Source: Malacoraja senta
Taxonomy: Eukaryota
Direction: 5' to 3'
Assembly: GCA_038087875.1 (NCBI GenBank)
Contig: CM075989.1
Span: forward strand, 24,244,001 to 24,308,000
Length of the DNA stretch: 64,000 bases
Below are positions 25,022-36,734 of the stretch, piece by piece. How positions within the stretch are numbered: position 1 is the first letter of the stretch; every line of letters starts with the position of its first letter. A model generated the notes under the pieces. The model was not told the origin of the DNA. It did not search any database and was given only the letters and a program-made list of their open reading frames with translations. The translations under genes were made by a program, and so were the position numbers.

Positions 25022-25392
25022 AGAATAGTGAAAGGCTTGGATTGAGTGGATGTGGAGAGAATGTTTCCACTAGTGGGAGAGTCTCGGACTAGAGGTCATA
25101 GCCTCAGAATTAAAGGACGTTCTTGTAGGAAGGAGATGAGGAGAAATTCCTTTAGTCAGAGGGTGGTGGATCTATGGAATTCTTTGCCACAAAAGGCTGT
25201 GGAGGCCAAGTCAGTGGATATTTTTAAAGGCAGAGATAGAGAGATTCTTGATTAGTACGGGTGTCAGGGGTTATGGGGAGAAGGCAGGAGAATGGGGTTA
25301 GGAGGGAGAGATAGATCAGCCATGATTGAATGACGGAATAGAGTTGATGGGCCGAATGGTCAAATTCTACTATTCCTTATGACCTTATGACC
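25022..25392 (+). mobile_element. CR1-clade LINE 3' fragment
   Basis: DVERMFPLVGESRTRGHSLRIKG...FSQRVVDLWNSLPQKAVEA. Confidence 0.88.
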
Positions 25393-26102
25393 AACCCAGG
25401 TGACTCTCTGTGTGCTAGTCATAAAGGTGGATCTGCGATCACATATCACAATTGCTCAACTCTATTCCCTTTATCCTGTATCTGTACACTGTGGACAGGT
25501 CCATTGTAATCATGTATAGTCTTTCCACTGACTGGATAGCACGCAACAAAAGCTTTTCTTGGTACACGTGACAATAAATTAAACTCAAACTCAAACTGAA
25601 ATAGATGTAACCTTATACTAAGATGAATGTTCTTGCAGTAGAAACATTTATTTTACATATCTGATGCAGATTCTTTTTGATTTTTTTTCTCTCCTTAATA
25701 AAACCGTGAGGTTTTCCAGAAATTAAACTGAACGTTAAGAATTCCGAACTCATTAACGGCCCAGGTTGAAGCGGACATTAGATTAGATCAGATACTTTTA
25801 TTGTCACGTGTTTTGCTGACCTAGGTAAACAAAGAGGGGCCACGGAAAGGGCGCCGACAGTGTTGCAAAGTACCACTTTATTGCCCCAATGGTTCCCCCC
25901 TTCCCCCCCATTAGTTCTCGTCACCCCATTCCCCCCCCCCACCCCTCCCCCCACCCCTCCCCCAACCCCCCCGGTCTGGTCCCCCTTAGTTCTCTTAGTT
26001 GTAAGGGTGATTTAAACATAACCAGAGCCCCTGTACCCGGAGCTGTGTACTGTTGCCTTCAGCCTTTGCCCTGACTGTTGTTGTTGTTGTCATTGTTGGC
26101 AG

Positions 26103-26229
26103 GTGGTGGGTTGTGATCGACAGCTTGGGAGTAAAGCCAAGGAAGACAACTGTGGAGTGTGTGCGGGCGGCGGCTCGACCTGCAGACTGGTGCGGGGACA
26201 GTCCAAGTCACACACCTCCCCCGACAAAC
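26103..26229 (+). CDS. ADAMTSL3: ADAMTSL3 coding exon (127 nt, phase 0/1): [42 protein letters not shown]
   Basis: Translated by hand (this frame is absent from the ORF track). Acceptor ttggcAG at 26101-02, donor GTgcgt at 26230. Contains the typical ADAMTS Cys-rich motif GCD..LGS..KED.CGVC.G..STC; GQSKSH.SP.K resembles ADAMTSL3. Confidence 0.95.
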
Positions 26230-27424
26230 GTGCGTCTGCCAATCCCTCGTTGGCATTTTTATGTTATCTGCTTATTAACTAAACATTAACTAAACCGCTG
26301 AACTACTATCTACCTCATTGATGACTCTCGGACTATCCTTGATCAGACTTTTCTTGCTTTACCTTGCACTATCCCTTATCATGTATCTAAAAGTATCTAT
26401 ACTGTAAATGGCTCGATTGTAATCATGTATTGTCTTTCCGCTGACTGGTTAGCACGCAACAAAAGCTTTTCACTGTACCTCGGTACACGTGACAATAAAC
26501 TAAATGGAACTAAACTGATTTCTTCTACAACCTCAATTAGAACCAATATTTTATTCTGAAGGGAAAATTATTAATGATGTTAGTGTTTTTTCAGCTTGCT
26601 GTTTCCTGGTATTAGAGTCATGGAGAAATGCAGCAAGGATATTAGCTCTTTGTCCCGCTGTGTCTACACCAACCATTCACCATCACTTGACCCAGTCCTG
26701 CATCAATTCCAGCTTTTTTAAAATTCTCCCAACATTCTCATCAATTCCTCCCAGATTCTCCCACCAGCCCACACAGGAGGGCAAGTGACAATGGCCATTC
26801 TACCTCCCGACCTACACACCTGTGGCATGGAGCACCTGAAAGAGAAGGTGCAGACTCCACACAAACAGCCTCCAAGTACAGAATTGTGCACAGATCTCTG
26901 GCACTGTGAGGCGACATCTCCACCAGCTGCTTGGTGAAATAACGGGAAGAGCAGAATGGGAAAACCCAACTATGATGATGTTTTATTTCAGGAGTACATC
27001 TCAAGATGCATAATGAGGAGGAAGCTTCAACTGGCCTTAGTTGCCTGGTCCACGAACCAGTGATCGCTGCCATAAAATACAAACATACATTTACAACTTA
27101 GATGCCAATGGGATTCATTGGAATTATGTTTTGTATAACAAGTAGTTATTGAGTCACACAGCATGGAAACAGGCCCTTCAGCCCAACATGCCCCATCTAC
27201 ACCAGTCGAGCTCGAGCTTGGCCCATATACCCCTCTAAACCTGTCCTATCCATGTACCTGTCTAACCATCTCTTACATGTTATGACAATATGCTCAAAAA
27301 AAATACTTGCACATAACATGACATTGAAAACAACCAATTATCATGTCCTTGTTTTACTTACATTTAGGAAACATAATTCTAATTCTTCACATCCATAAGA
27401 AGGATGAGATACAAGGTGGTCCTT

Positions 27425-27735
27425 CATAAGTTATAGGAGCAGAATTGGGCCATTCAGCCCATCGAGTCTACTCCACCATTCAATTATGGCTGATCTATCT
27501 CCCTCCTAACCCCATTCTCCTGCCTTCTCCCCATAAACCCCTGACACCCGCACTAATCAAGAATCCATCTATCTCTGCCTTAAGAATATCCATTGACTTG
27601 GCCTCCCCAGCCTTCCGTGGAAAAGAATTCCACAGATTCACCACCCTCTGACTAAAAAAATTCCTCCTCATCTCCTTTCTGAAGGTACGTTCTTTTATTC
27701 TAAGGTTATGGCCTCTCGTCTTAGACTCTCCCATT
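27425..27735 (-). mobile_element. CR1-clade LINE 3' fragment
   Basis: TRGHNLRIK...RRNFFSQRVVNLWNSFP. Confidence 0.85.
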
Positions 27736-28255
27736 AGCCGGGACCTTCTTCAGACTCAGGTCTTTAGAATGCAACCTGGTACTTCTGATTGTGAGCATTA
27801 CGTCACTCTTCCAGGCCATCACGGAAGCTATGCTACAATTATCAATTAAGTCATGTTTTTAACGTTACCTTCATTCATAATGAAAAGTGACATTGATTAT
27901 GTTTTTGTTTAAATTCCAGATTAGGTAATATTATTGAAAATATATAAAGTTCCACCTAATGCCTCAATTTTTGGGTGAAGTTCTGAGTGATCTTCTGAAA
28001 CTAATTAATCATTGATGATGACCCTAAGGTTGCTAACGGTTTTGGCCGGCACACATGCTAGATAACAACATCCCTTCCAGAGAAAACACGCGATGTGGCT
28101 TGCATTTATTATTTATTGACTTAGCTGTAGTTTGATCTATGCTTTGTTTTGCAGAAGAGTGTGCTTAAAATTCAAGATTTGATTTTTCCTTTGAATTATC
28201 TTTGATCAATCCTTGTTTCATGTTATGGGGGGGCAAAAACAAGGCGGTTCAATGT

Positions 28256-28499
28256 GGGCGGCATGGTGACGCAGTAGTAGAGTTGCTGCGTCACAGCGCC
28301 CGAGACCTGCGTTCCATCCTGACTACGGGTGCTGTCTGTACGGAGTTTGTACGTTCTCCCCGTGACCTGCGTGGTTTTCTCCGGGGTCTCTAGTTTCCCC
28401 CCCACACGCCAAAGACGTACAGGTTTGGTAAAAAATGAAAATTCTCCCAGTGTGTTGGATAGTGTTGGTGTGCAGGGATCGCTGGTCAGAACGGACTCG
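28256..28499 (+). mobile_element. tRNA-derived V-SINE (3'-truncated)
   Basis: Head and V-domain. Confidence 0.82.
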
Positions 28500-29761
28500 T
28501 CAGGCTGTACTCACCTGAACTCACTTCCCCTTCAACTCCATCTTTATACTCCCAATTTGTCAATCCCTCCTCCCCACTATTTAGTTCTTCTGACGAGTCA
28601 TTATTTTATTTGAAATCACCTTGAAAATAAAGAGTTTAAATAGTGGCCACTGGTCCCATAACTTTAAAAAAGATGAACTACTGTGTAGGTGAATGGACCG
28701 TTTATGAGCTGCAGCTAAGGAGATGCTATCAAAGGCATGAAAGACATGGGACTATAATCAGTCTTGCTAAAAACATTGACATTTTCCATTCATGAGATCA
28801 CTAGAATATAGTCATTATGCTTCTTCAATCTGATGTTTAGCCTGAAGCAATTTCCCTATAACGCTGCAATAGATTTTCTGTCCACTGGTTCTGTCCGAAT
28901 GATTAACAAGATCCTTATTCTTAAATTCTTAAATACTATTTAATAATTCAGCCCTTTCATTCTTTGTCCACTGCATGGCCAATACGACTGAGCAGAGACT
29001 AGGGAGTACATTTCTACCCATCTGTTGAAGCCATGTCAATGACTTACATTCTCTGTAAGCTGTGGCAAGTTGTCCACTCCCCTACGTGGAAATCAAAAGA
29101 CCATGACAGAGCAATCAACAGCAAAGACACATCGGTTCCAAAAAATGCCAAGTGCAGAATGATTTCCAAGCTGTTTTAAATTTACAGCGTAATTTTATGA
29201 GCTCTGCTATTAATTGGCTGTGTTGTACGCATCATATTTCTTCCAGCAAACAGCCAAGATGACTCTGGACTGAGTTCTGTTTCAATAATACCAACATAAT
29301 GATTAAGGACTTAAGATAATCTGACCACACACTGAAATATGATTCATTTTTATTATATTTTAATCATACTAATATTTTAGCACTATAAAATGCATTAAGA
29401 ATATTCTTCTTTGGATCTTTAGACCCTTGAAATGTTTTTAATGTCATTTTCAAGATGTAATGTGAACTGTATTTCCATAAAAAATGTGCCCTGTATTTCC
29501 AATGTCCTGGTATGGAATTTGGCACATTCTCAGGTTTGCTAAGTACTCTGATGAGTGAAAACAGAAATGGCAACCTCAGCACTTAATGTCAAATGCAATA
29601 ACGAGAAGGAACAGCAGGAATTTGACAACATTTTTTCATATCCAAGACTGTGGTAGCTAAAGTGGACTCAAACATTTTTTCTCAGAAGTCAAAAATAAAC
29701 ATATGTATGTTTGGCATTGCTGGTACCCAACTAGTTCCCAGCCAAAAGCGTTTTTAAAGTA

Positions 29762-30010
29762 TAGACTTTACTTTAGAGATACTGCACGGAAAGAGACCCT
29801 TTGGCCCATCGAGCCCACGCCGTCAAGCGATCACTCCGCACACTAACACTATCCTACACACACTAGGGACAATTTACAATTTTACCGCAGCAAATTAACC
29901 GACGTCTTTGGAGTGCGGGAAGAAAGCAGAGGTGCCAGAGAAAAGTCACGAGGAGAACGCACAAACTCCGTACAGACAGCACCCGTAGTCAGGATTGAAC
30001 CCGGGTCTCT
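29762..30010 (-). mobile_element. V-SINE (5'-truncated)
   Basis: Family consensus on the minus strand. Confidence 0.8.
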
Positions 30011-30514
30011 ATAAAAAGACTTTCATCTTTACTCTCCTGAGCAAAACACTCAGCAATATTGCTCGACATTTTAAAGTTGACTGACAACCTCACAAATTGC
30101 ACCTTGAATGAGCTAAACATGATTCTTAAAATGCGAAGATGATACGCATGATGTCAACCCACTTTAGGTCTTATCTGTTAAAGCAATCACTGTTAAATAA
30201 GTTATTGCAAATCATGTTGAGTGCTGTCACTGGTTGAATTCTTGGAGGCATCTGATCTGGGGAATGAAGTCACAGACAAGTTCAAGCTTAGATTGTTACT
30301 GGCGATTGTTAATGGGTGTGAGCCAGATTCCATCTCATAGTGGTACAATGAGCAACAATCTCCTTTGACAATCTTAATAGCACACATCCAAAATGAGGTG
30401 TGGTGTGAGGGTGCAGGGCAGGGCAGTAACGGTTGTTTGGTGTAATGGATTAACGAATGCTCTGTCAAACTGCATCAGAGGCAAAACTGATTTTCTGTTT
30501 TCTAACTATTTCAG

Positions 30515-30589
30515 TGGAAGTCACGGTGATTGCTGTTCCATACGGGAGTCGGCACGTGAAAATCACCTTGAAAGGTCCTGCCCATCTCC
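30515..30589 (+). CDS. ADAMTSL3: ADAMTSL3 coding exon (75 nt, phase 1/1): (L)EVTVIAVPYGSRHVKITLKGPAHL, spacer domain
   Basis: Acceptor ctatttcAG at 30513-14, donor GTaagt at 30590. Phase-compatible with both flanking exons; GPAHL is the ADAMTSL3-type motif. Confidence 0.93.
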
Positions 30590-30671
30590 GTAAGTTTCCT
30601 TTGAACACTCTCACAGTTACAGCATTGAGGCACTATAGTCCTTTTAATCCTGTACATCACAGTTGCACAGA

Positions 30672-31265
30672 GTGGGGGAATTGAGGACCAGAGGACAGAG
30701 GTTCAAGGTGAAGGGGAAAAGATTAGGTTAGGAACAGTTAGGCAGGTACATGGATAGGACCAGTTTGGAGGAGATATGGACCAAACGTAGGCAGGTGGGA
30801 CTAGTGTAGCTGGGACAAGTTGGTCGGTGTGGGCAAGTTGGGTCGAAGGGCCTGTTTTCATGCTGTTTCACTCTATGACTATGACTCTCTATCACAGTTC
30901 AAAGTATGTATGAGGTGGGGGACCTCATTGAAACTTACCGAATAGTGAAAGGCCTGGATGGGGTGGATGTGGGGAGGATGTTTCCACCAGTGGGAGAGTC
31001 TAGGACCAGAGGGCGCAGTCTCGGAATAAAAGGACGTACCTTTAGAAAGGAAATGGGGAGGAATTTCTATATTCAGAGGGCAAATTCATTGCCACAGACG
31101 GCTGTGGAGGCCAAATCAGTGGATATTTTTAAGGTGGAGATTGACAGATTCTTGATTAGTACGGGTGTCAGGGGTTATGGGGAGAAGGCAGGAGAATGGG
31201 GTTAGGAGAAAATTGCTGGAGACTTGATGGGCCAAATGGCCTAATTCTGCTCCTAGAAGTTATGA
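30672..31265 (+). mobile_element. Two adjacent CR1-clade 3' fragments
   Basis: GDLIETYRIVKGLD...RTRGRSLGIKGRTFRKE; two tails, at ~30890 and ~31265. Confidence 0.82.
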
Positions 31266-31565
31266 AATAGAAATGCTCACATTTAACTTTATTTCCAAAA
31301 CCTGTGACTTACTTGATGGTGTTATCAACAACTGTGAAGTATTGGATAATTGCCTGTCCATGGATAAAATAATTAAATAATATAATATTGCTGTATTTGA
31401 CTCATTCGAACTTTGACAAATAAATTTACCATTTTTGGGTAAGCCTGCCAACTCTTAATGTTCCAGGTTTAAATGTTACTTTCAACATTTTATATTAACA
31501 ATAATAAGTTTTCTGTAAAGGCATATTGCTTGTTTTATTAAAGCTATAGGTCACAATGGAGTCAA

Positions 31566-32567
31566 ATTAGATTAGAGAGATTCCTTTATTTGTCATTCAG
31601 ACCTTTCGGTCTGAACGAAATTTCGTTGCCTGCAGTCATACATATAATAATAAATGACAAAACACACAATAAACACAAATTAACATCCACCACAGTGAGT
31701 TCACCAGGCACCTCCTCACTGTGATGGAGGCAAAAGTCTTAAAGTCTCTGTCTCTTCCCGCTTTCTTCTCCCTCTGCGCTGAGGCGATCCAGGCTTCTGA
31801 TGCTGTGACCCCGCCGGGTGATGGCAAGTCAGTCCAGCGGCCGAATCCGTGCTCCGCGACGGGCCGGTTCAAACTCCGCGGCCCGGGGTGGTCGAAGCTG
31901 CCGAAGCTGCCGCCCTCCAGTCCAGCAGACGCAGCTGTAGTTGCGGGAGCTCCAGAAAAACAGGTCGCCAACCTGTGACCTGCGAGCTCCCGACGATGTC
32001 GTCCACTGGGCCCGCGGCCGAGCCTCCGGATTCAGGTCACCACCAGTGTCCTCGGTCGCCACCGCCGGAACGCCACCGCAGCTCCGAAGTTGGCCAGCCT
32101 CGCGCTCCCGAAGATGTCGTCCACTGGGCCAGCTGCGGCCGAGCCTCCAGATTCAGGTCGCCACCAGTGTCCTCGGTCGCCACCGCCGGAACGCCACCGC
32201 AGCTCCGAAGTTGGCCAGCCTCACGCTGGTAAGTCCTGGCTCTGCCTCCGGAGCCTCGAGGTCGGTCGGTCGCTCGCAGTTGGAGTTGGAGGCCGGCAGC
32301 TCGCAGTTGGAGTTGGAGGCCGGCAGCTCCGCCATTTTGGCCTCAGCGCAGACGGAGGCAGAGAAGGGGGATACGACAAGAAAAAGTCGCATTCCCCCGA
32401 AGGAAGAGACAAAAGTCATGTTTCACCCCCCACCCCCCCACCCCACACATACACAACCCAATAAACTAAAATTTAACTGAAACAGGACAAAAGAAAACAA
32501 CAAAAAAAGTAAAAACAGACGGACTGCAGGCGAGCCGCTGCTGTACGACAGCGCCGCCACTTCCGGA
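31566..32567 (-). mobile_element. ~1 kb GC/CpG-rich non-autonomous retroelement with a Rex1/Babar-like 3' stem-loop tail
   Basis: On the minus strand: 5' ggaagtggcggcgctg..., an internal ~120-bp duplication, then 3' ttcagacc-gaaa-ggtctgaa hairpin, aataaa and a short-repeat tail. A second copy lies at 51387-51610. Confidence 0.65.
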
Positions 32568-33834
32568 ATGCTCCTTAAATTAATTTTCCAAAGGTAAATG
32601 GTTCTAGGGTTATTTAAAAATAGGCTCTTCGATGATGATTGAGTTATTCTTGCCTGGTCCCTTGGATAATGAAGTCTGAAGAAAGGTCTCGACCCGAAAC
32701 GTCACCCATTCCTTCTATCCAGAGATGCTGCCTGTCCCGCTGAGTTACTCCAGCAGTTTGTGTCTGTCCCTGAATACTCAAGTCAAGAGTGTTTTACTGT
32801 CATGTGTCCCAGACAGAACAATATAATTCTTACTTGTAGCAGCACAACTGAATATGTAAACATAGTACGCTATAACCAATATAATAATGAGAGAGAAAAA
32901 AAACGTTCAGTGGGTGTAGATATACTTATGGTGGTTTGAGCAGGACATACACCTACAGAGGCTAAAGGCTTGATGCTGTTTCACCCTCTTGCGACCCATT
33001 CTAGGCCACGGGACAGTTGGCAACCCTATACGGTGCCCAAAACTGCTCACAATATTCCAGATGTGGCCTGAGCAGCGCCTTATAGAGCCTCAGCATTACA
33101 TCCCTGTTTTTGTATACAAGCCCCCTTGAAATAACCCGAGCATTTGTTTCCCTCTCTCCTGACCCTCAGTCTGAAGAAGGCTCTCAACCCGAAACATCAC
33201 CTATTCATTCCTTTTCTCCAGAAGTGCTGCCTGACCCGCTGAGTTGCTCCAGCATTTTGTGTCTATCTTCAGGCCAGCCTCGGCCATGGTTTAAAGTGAC
33301 TTTACTAACAGTGCTGCCGTTCCTGGTGTGTCAGCTGTGAATTTGGAGGTTGATCTCTGCAATTTGGCTTGAAAGTATCATATTTCAGGGTCGAAGTGAG
33401 AGCGATAACTACTGAACCGAGGCCGACCTTAACATGCATGATATCTTCATTGTGAAATCATCATAAAATCAGATGAAATCTGATGAAGGGGCTCGACCCA
33501 AAACTTCACCTATTCCATCTCTCCAGAGATGCTGCCTGTCCCGCTGAGTTACTCCAGCACTTTGTGTCTATCTTCTTTCATATAAATCAATAACCCCTGG
33601 AATTATAACTGAATATTTTAATGAAAATCTCCCCCCCACCCTTTTTACAAATGAAAACGTATTGACCGTGGATGCAGAGTCTTTGAGTGTTTTAAGACAG
33701 TGATAGATCGATTCTTGATAAGCAGGCGGGTGAAAGATTCAGTTACCTCTGAGATTGGGAATGTTGAATTGGGGCGAGGTTCAGAACAACTGTGATCTAA
33801 TTGAATGGCAGGGGTGGCTCAATGGCCTTTTTTT

Positions 33835-34118
33835 TTAGATTAGGTTAGAGATACAACATGGAAACAGGCCCTTCGGCCCACCGAGTCCGCACTGACCAGC
33901 AATCCCCGCACACTAACACACACTATCCTACACACACTAGGGACAATTTACCAATTATACCAAGCCAATTAGCCTACAAACCCGCACGTCTCTGGAGTGT
34001 GGGAGGAAACCAGGGCACCCGGAGAAAACCCACGCAGATCACGGGGAGAACGTACAAACTCCATACAGACGCGGGTTCGATCCCTGAAGTTGGGATCGAA
34101 CCTGGGGTCCCTGGCGCT
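33835..34118 (-). mobile_element. V-SINE (HE1-like)
   Basis: Family consensus on the minus strand. Confidence 0.82.
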
Positions 34119-34159
34119 GTTGTGTTATTGCTTTCAATCCATGGACTATATGTGAATTA

Positions 34160-34550
34160 ATAATAATAATAATAATATCTTTTATTGTCATTGCACGTCA
34201 GTGCAACGAGATTTAGTATGCAGCTCCACCGATGTACAAGAAAAGTAAAATAAATAAATAAGCAAGCTGAGTGACGTGACCATCCGAGGGAGACTGTCCA
34301 GGGGAGGTGGGTGGTGGGGGGGCACTCAGCAGGGCCGGTTTAGCCACTATAGCTCTTGGAATAAAGCTGTTTCTGAGTCTGGAGGTTCGGGCGTAGAAGG
34401 CCTTGTAACGTCTGCCGGAGGGAAGTAGTTCAAACAGTCCGTTACAAGGGTGTGATGAGTCCTTATGGATGCTGACGGCCTTCCTGAGGCACCGTGTGTG
34501 GTAGATGCCCTCCAAGGCTGGTAGCTCTGTCCCTATGATCCTCTGCGCTC
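34160..34550 (-). mobile_element. Rex1/Babar-clade LINE 3' fragment
   Basis: AQRIIGTELPALEGIYHTRCLRKAVSIHKDSSHPCNGLFELLPSGRRY...RLRNSFIPRAI, followed by a stem-loop and (tta)n tail. Confidence 0.85.
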
Positions 34551-35117
34551 TGATATCATTAATATGATCCACATCCGTAGTGTTTGATTCTGGACTTTCT
34601 CAGATGAGCAGACCTTTGGAAAGCACAGCAAGGATTCCAAGCTTGGGACCGTTCCACTAATACATTAACCATACCACGCACCACTTGTGTGCTGTGACAA
34701 TTCAAATTGACAGGTGGGTAATAAAGCATTGGCTGTCAGTGCAAGCTAATGTCCAGAGGTGCAAACCCAACACCTGTGGATCACAGTAATAAATATAAGG
34801 TGTCAACCTCTATTCACCAAACATTTTAAAAATCCATTAGTCAGGCTGCTTGGACGATGCTTCACAAAAATGCAATAAATGCATTTAAAATGAAACCGAA
34901 TTTGGAAATATTTCAATACATTAGGACACTGACATATGAATCGGATTGAATATGTGTCCCAATACATTTAATGGGATTGCCGCATAGAAGCTGACATGGA
35001 TGCAGTTGGGGGGAATTAATTTTCTGCTGTCCATGTCTCTATTTTTAAGCATTTATCAGGTGTAAGGTGCAAGCTGTTTGCCTCTAAATTATTATAAACC
35101 GAGGTTGCATCAAAATA

Positions 35118-35700
35118 TAGAAACTAAGAACTGCAGATGCTGGTTAACACCGAAAAAAGGACACAAAGTGCTGGACTAACTCAGCGGGTCAGGCAGCATC
35201 TGTGGAGAACATGGATAGGTGACGTTTCACAGAGTGCTGGAGTAACTCAGCGGGTCAGGCAAACATCTCTGGGGAACATGGATAGGTGACGTTTCACAGA
35301 GTGCTGGAGTAACTCAGTGGGTCAGGCAGCATCTGTGGAGCGAAGGAAATGGGCAACCTTTCGGGCCGAAACCCTGAAGGAAATAGGCAACGTTTCGGGC
35401 CGAAACCCGGAAGGGTTTCGGGCCGAAACGTTGCCTATTTCCTTCGCTCCATAGATGCTGCCGGAACATGGATAGGTGACGTTTCCAAGAGTGCTGGAGT
35501 AACTCAGCGGGTCAGGCAGCATCTCTGGGGAACATGGATAGGTGACGTTTCAGGCAAGACATCAACCATCTTGACTTCTCTACTCCCATCAGACACTCCA
35601 ATCAGAAAATCAGCCTGAAGAAGGGTCTTGACCCAAAAAGTCATGCATCCATGACCTCCAGAGATGCTGCCTGACCCACTGAGTTACTCCAGCACTTTGC
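35118..35700 (-). repeat. Tandem array of a ~66-nt Penelope-derived unit with a nested palindromic insertion (~35330-35462) and a terminal inverted copy
   Basis: Repeated cacagagtgctggagtaactcagcgggtcaggcagcatctgtggagaacatggataggtgacgttt. Confidence 0.85.
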
Positions 35701-36734
35701 ATCAGTTTAGTTTAGTTTATTGTCACGTGTACCGAGGTACAGTGAAAAGCTTTTGTTGCGTGCTAACCTGTCAGCTGAAAGCAAATACATGATTACAATC
35801 GAGCCATTTGCAGTGTACAGATACATGATAAGAGAATAACATTTAGTGCAAGGTAAAGCCAGCAAAGTCCAATCAAGGATAATCCAAGGGTCACCAAAGA
35901 GGCGGATAGTAGTTCAGGACTGCTCACTAGTTGTGGTAGGATGGTTCATCAACATATACTGCCCACATGGGGCAGGGGGAAGAGTCCGAGATTCATGTGC
36001 CATATCTCTCCTTTAAACACTGGTTCTGTGTGGAACCACCTAACACCTATTTACACAAATCCTATTTTATTTTCCCCACATTCCCAACAGAATTTCCCCT
36101 CTAGACTCTGCTACTCATCCGCACACTAGATACAATTTACAATGACCTGGATATGGTAGGTTTAGAAGGATACGGGCCAAACGCAGGCAGGTGGGGCTAG
36201 TGTAGATGGGGTGTCTGGGTCAGCATGGGCAAGTTGGGCTGAAGGGCCTGTTAAACTACAATTAACCAACAAAATATTGCTGGTAGACCCGAAACGTCAC
36301 CCATTCCTTCGCTCCATAGATGCTGCCTCACCCGTTGAGTTTCTCCAGCTTTTTGTCTACCTTCGATTTTTTTCAGCATCTGCAGTTCTTTCTTAAAAGT
36401 ATTGCTGTGTGGTTCACAATGCAAACAAAAGCTTTCCACTGTACCTTGGTGCACGTTACAGTAATAAGCTAAACTAACTTCTCCTCACCACTTTCCTCTA
36501 TCTTCTATGGCCGGGCCAGTTTGGAATCCAATCTGATAAATGATGGAGGCAGCATTTCCAGCTGACAAGTAAACACAACAGTGGCCTCACCATTGAGGCC
36601 ACTGTTGTGATGCAAGCAGAATATTAGGCCATTCGGCCCATCAAGTCTACTCCACCATTCATGTTTCTATGTTTCTATAAAACAGTAGGCGCGGTTTAGT
36701 TGCAAGATGACTAGGTACGAGCCACAACCACTTC

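Noticed and set aside
25890..25985. C-rich/G-rich runs with G-quadruplex potential (also ~58400-58445, ~61695-61725)
   Set aside because: Low-complexity tracts, mostly within or next to retroelement UTRs; no evidence of function.
31636..32480. Overlapping 110-180 aa ORFs in the GC-rich block
   Set aside because: Low-complexity Pro/Arg/Ser/Ala translations open in several frames on both strands because of high GC and internal duplication; no recognisable domain.
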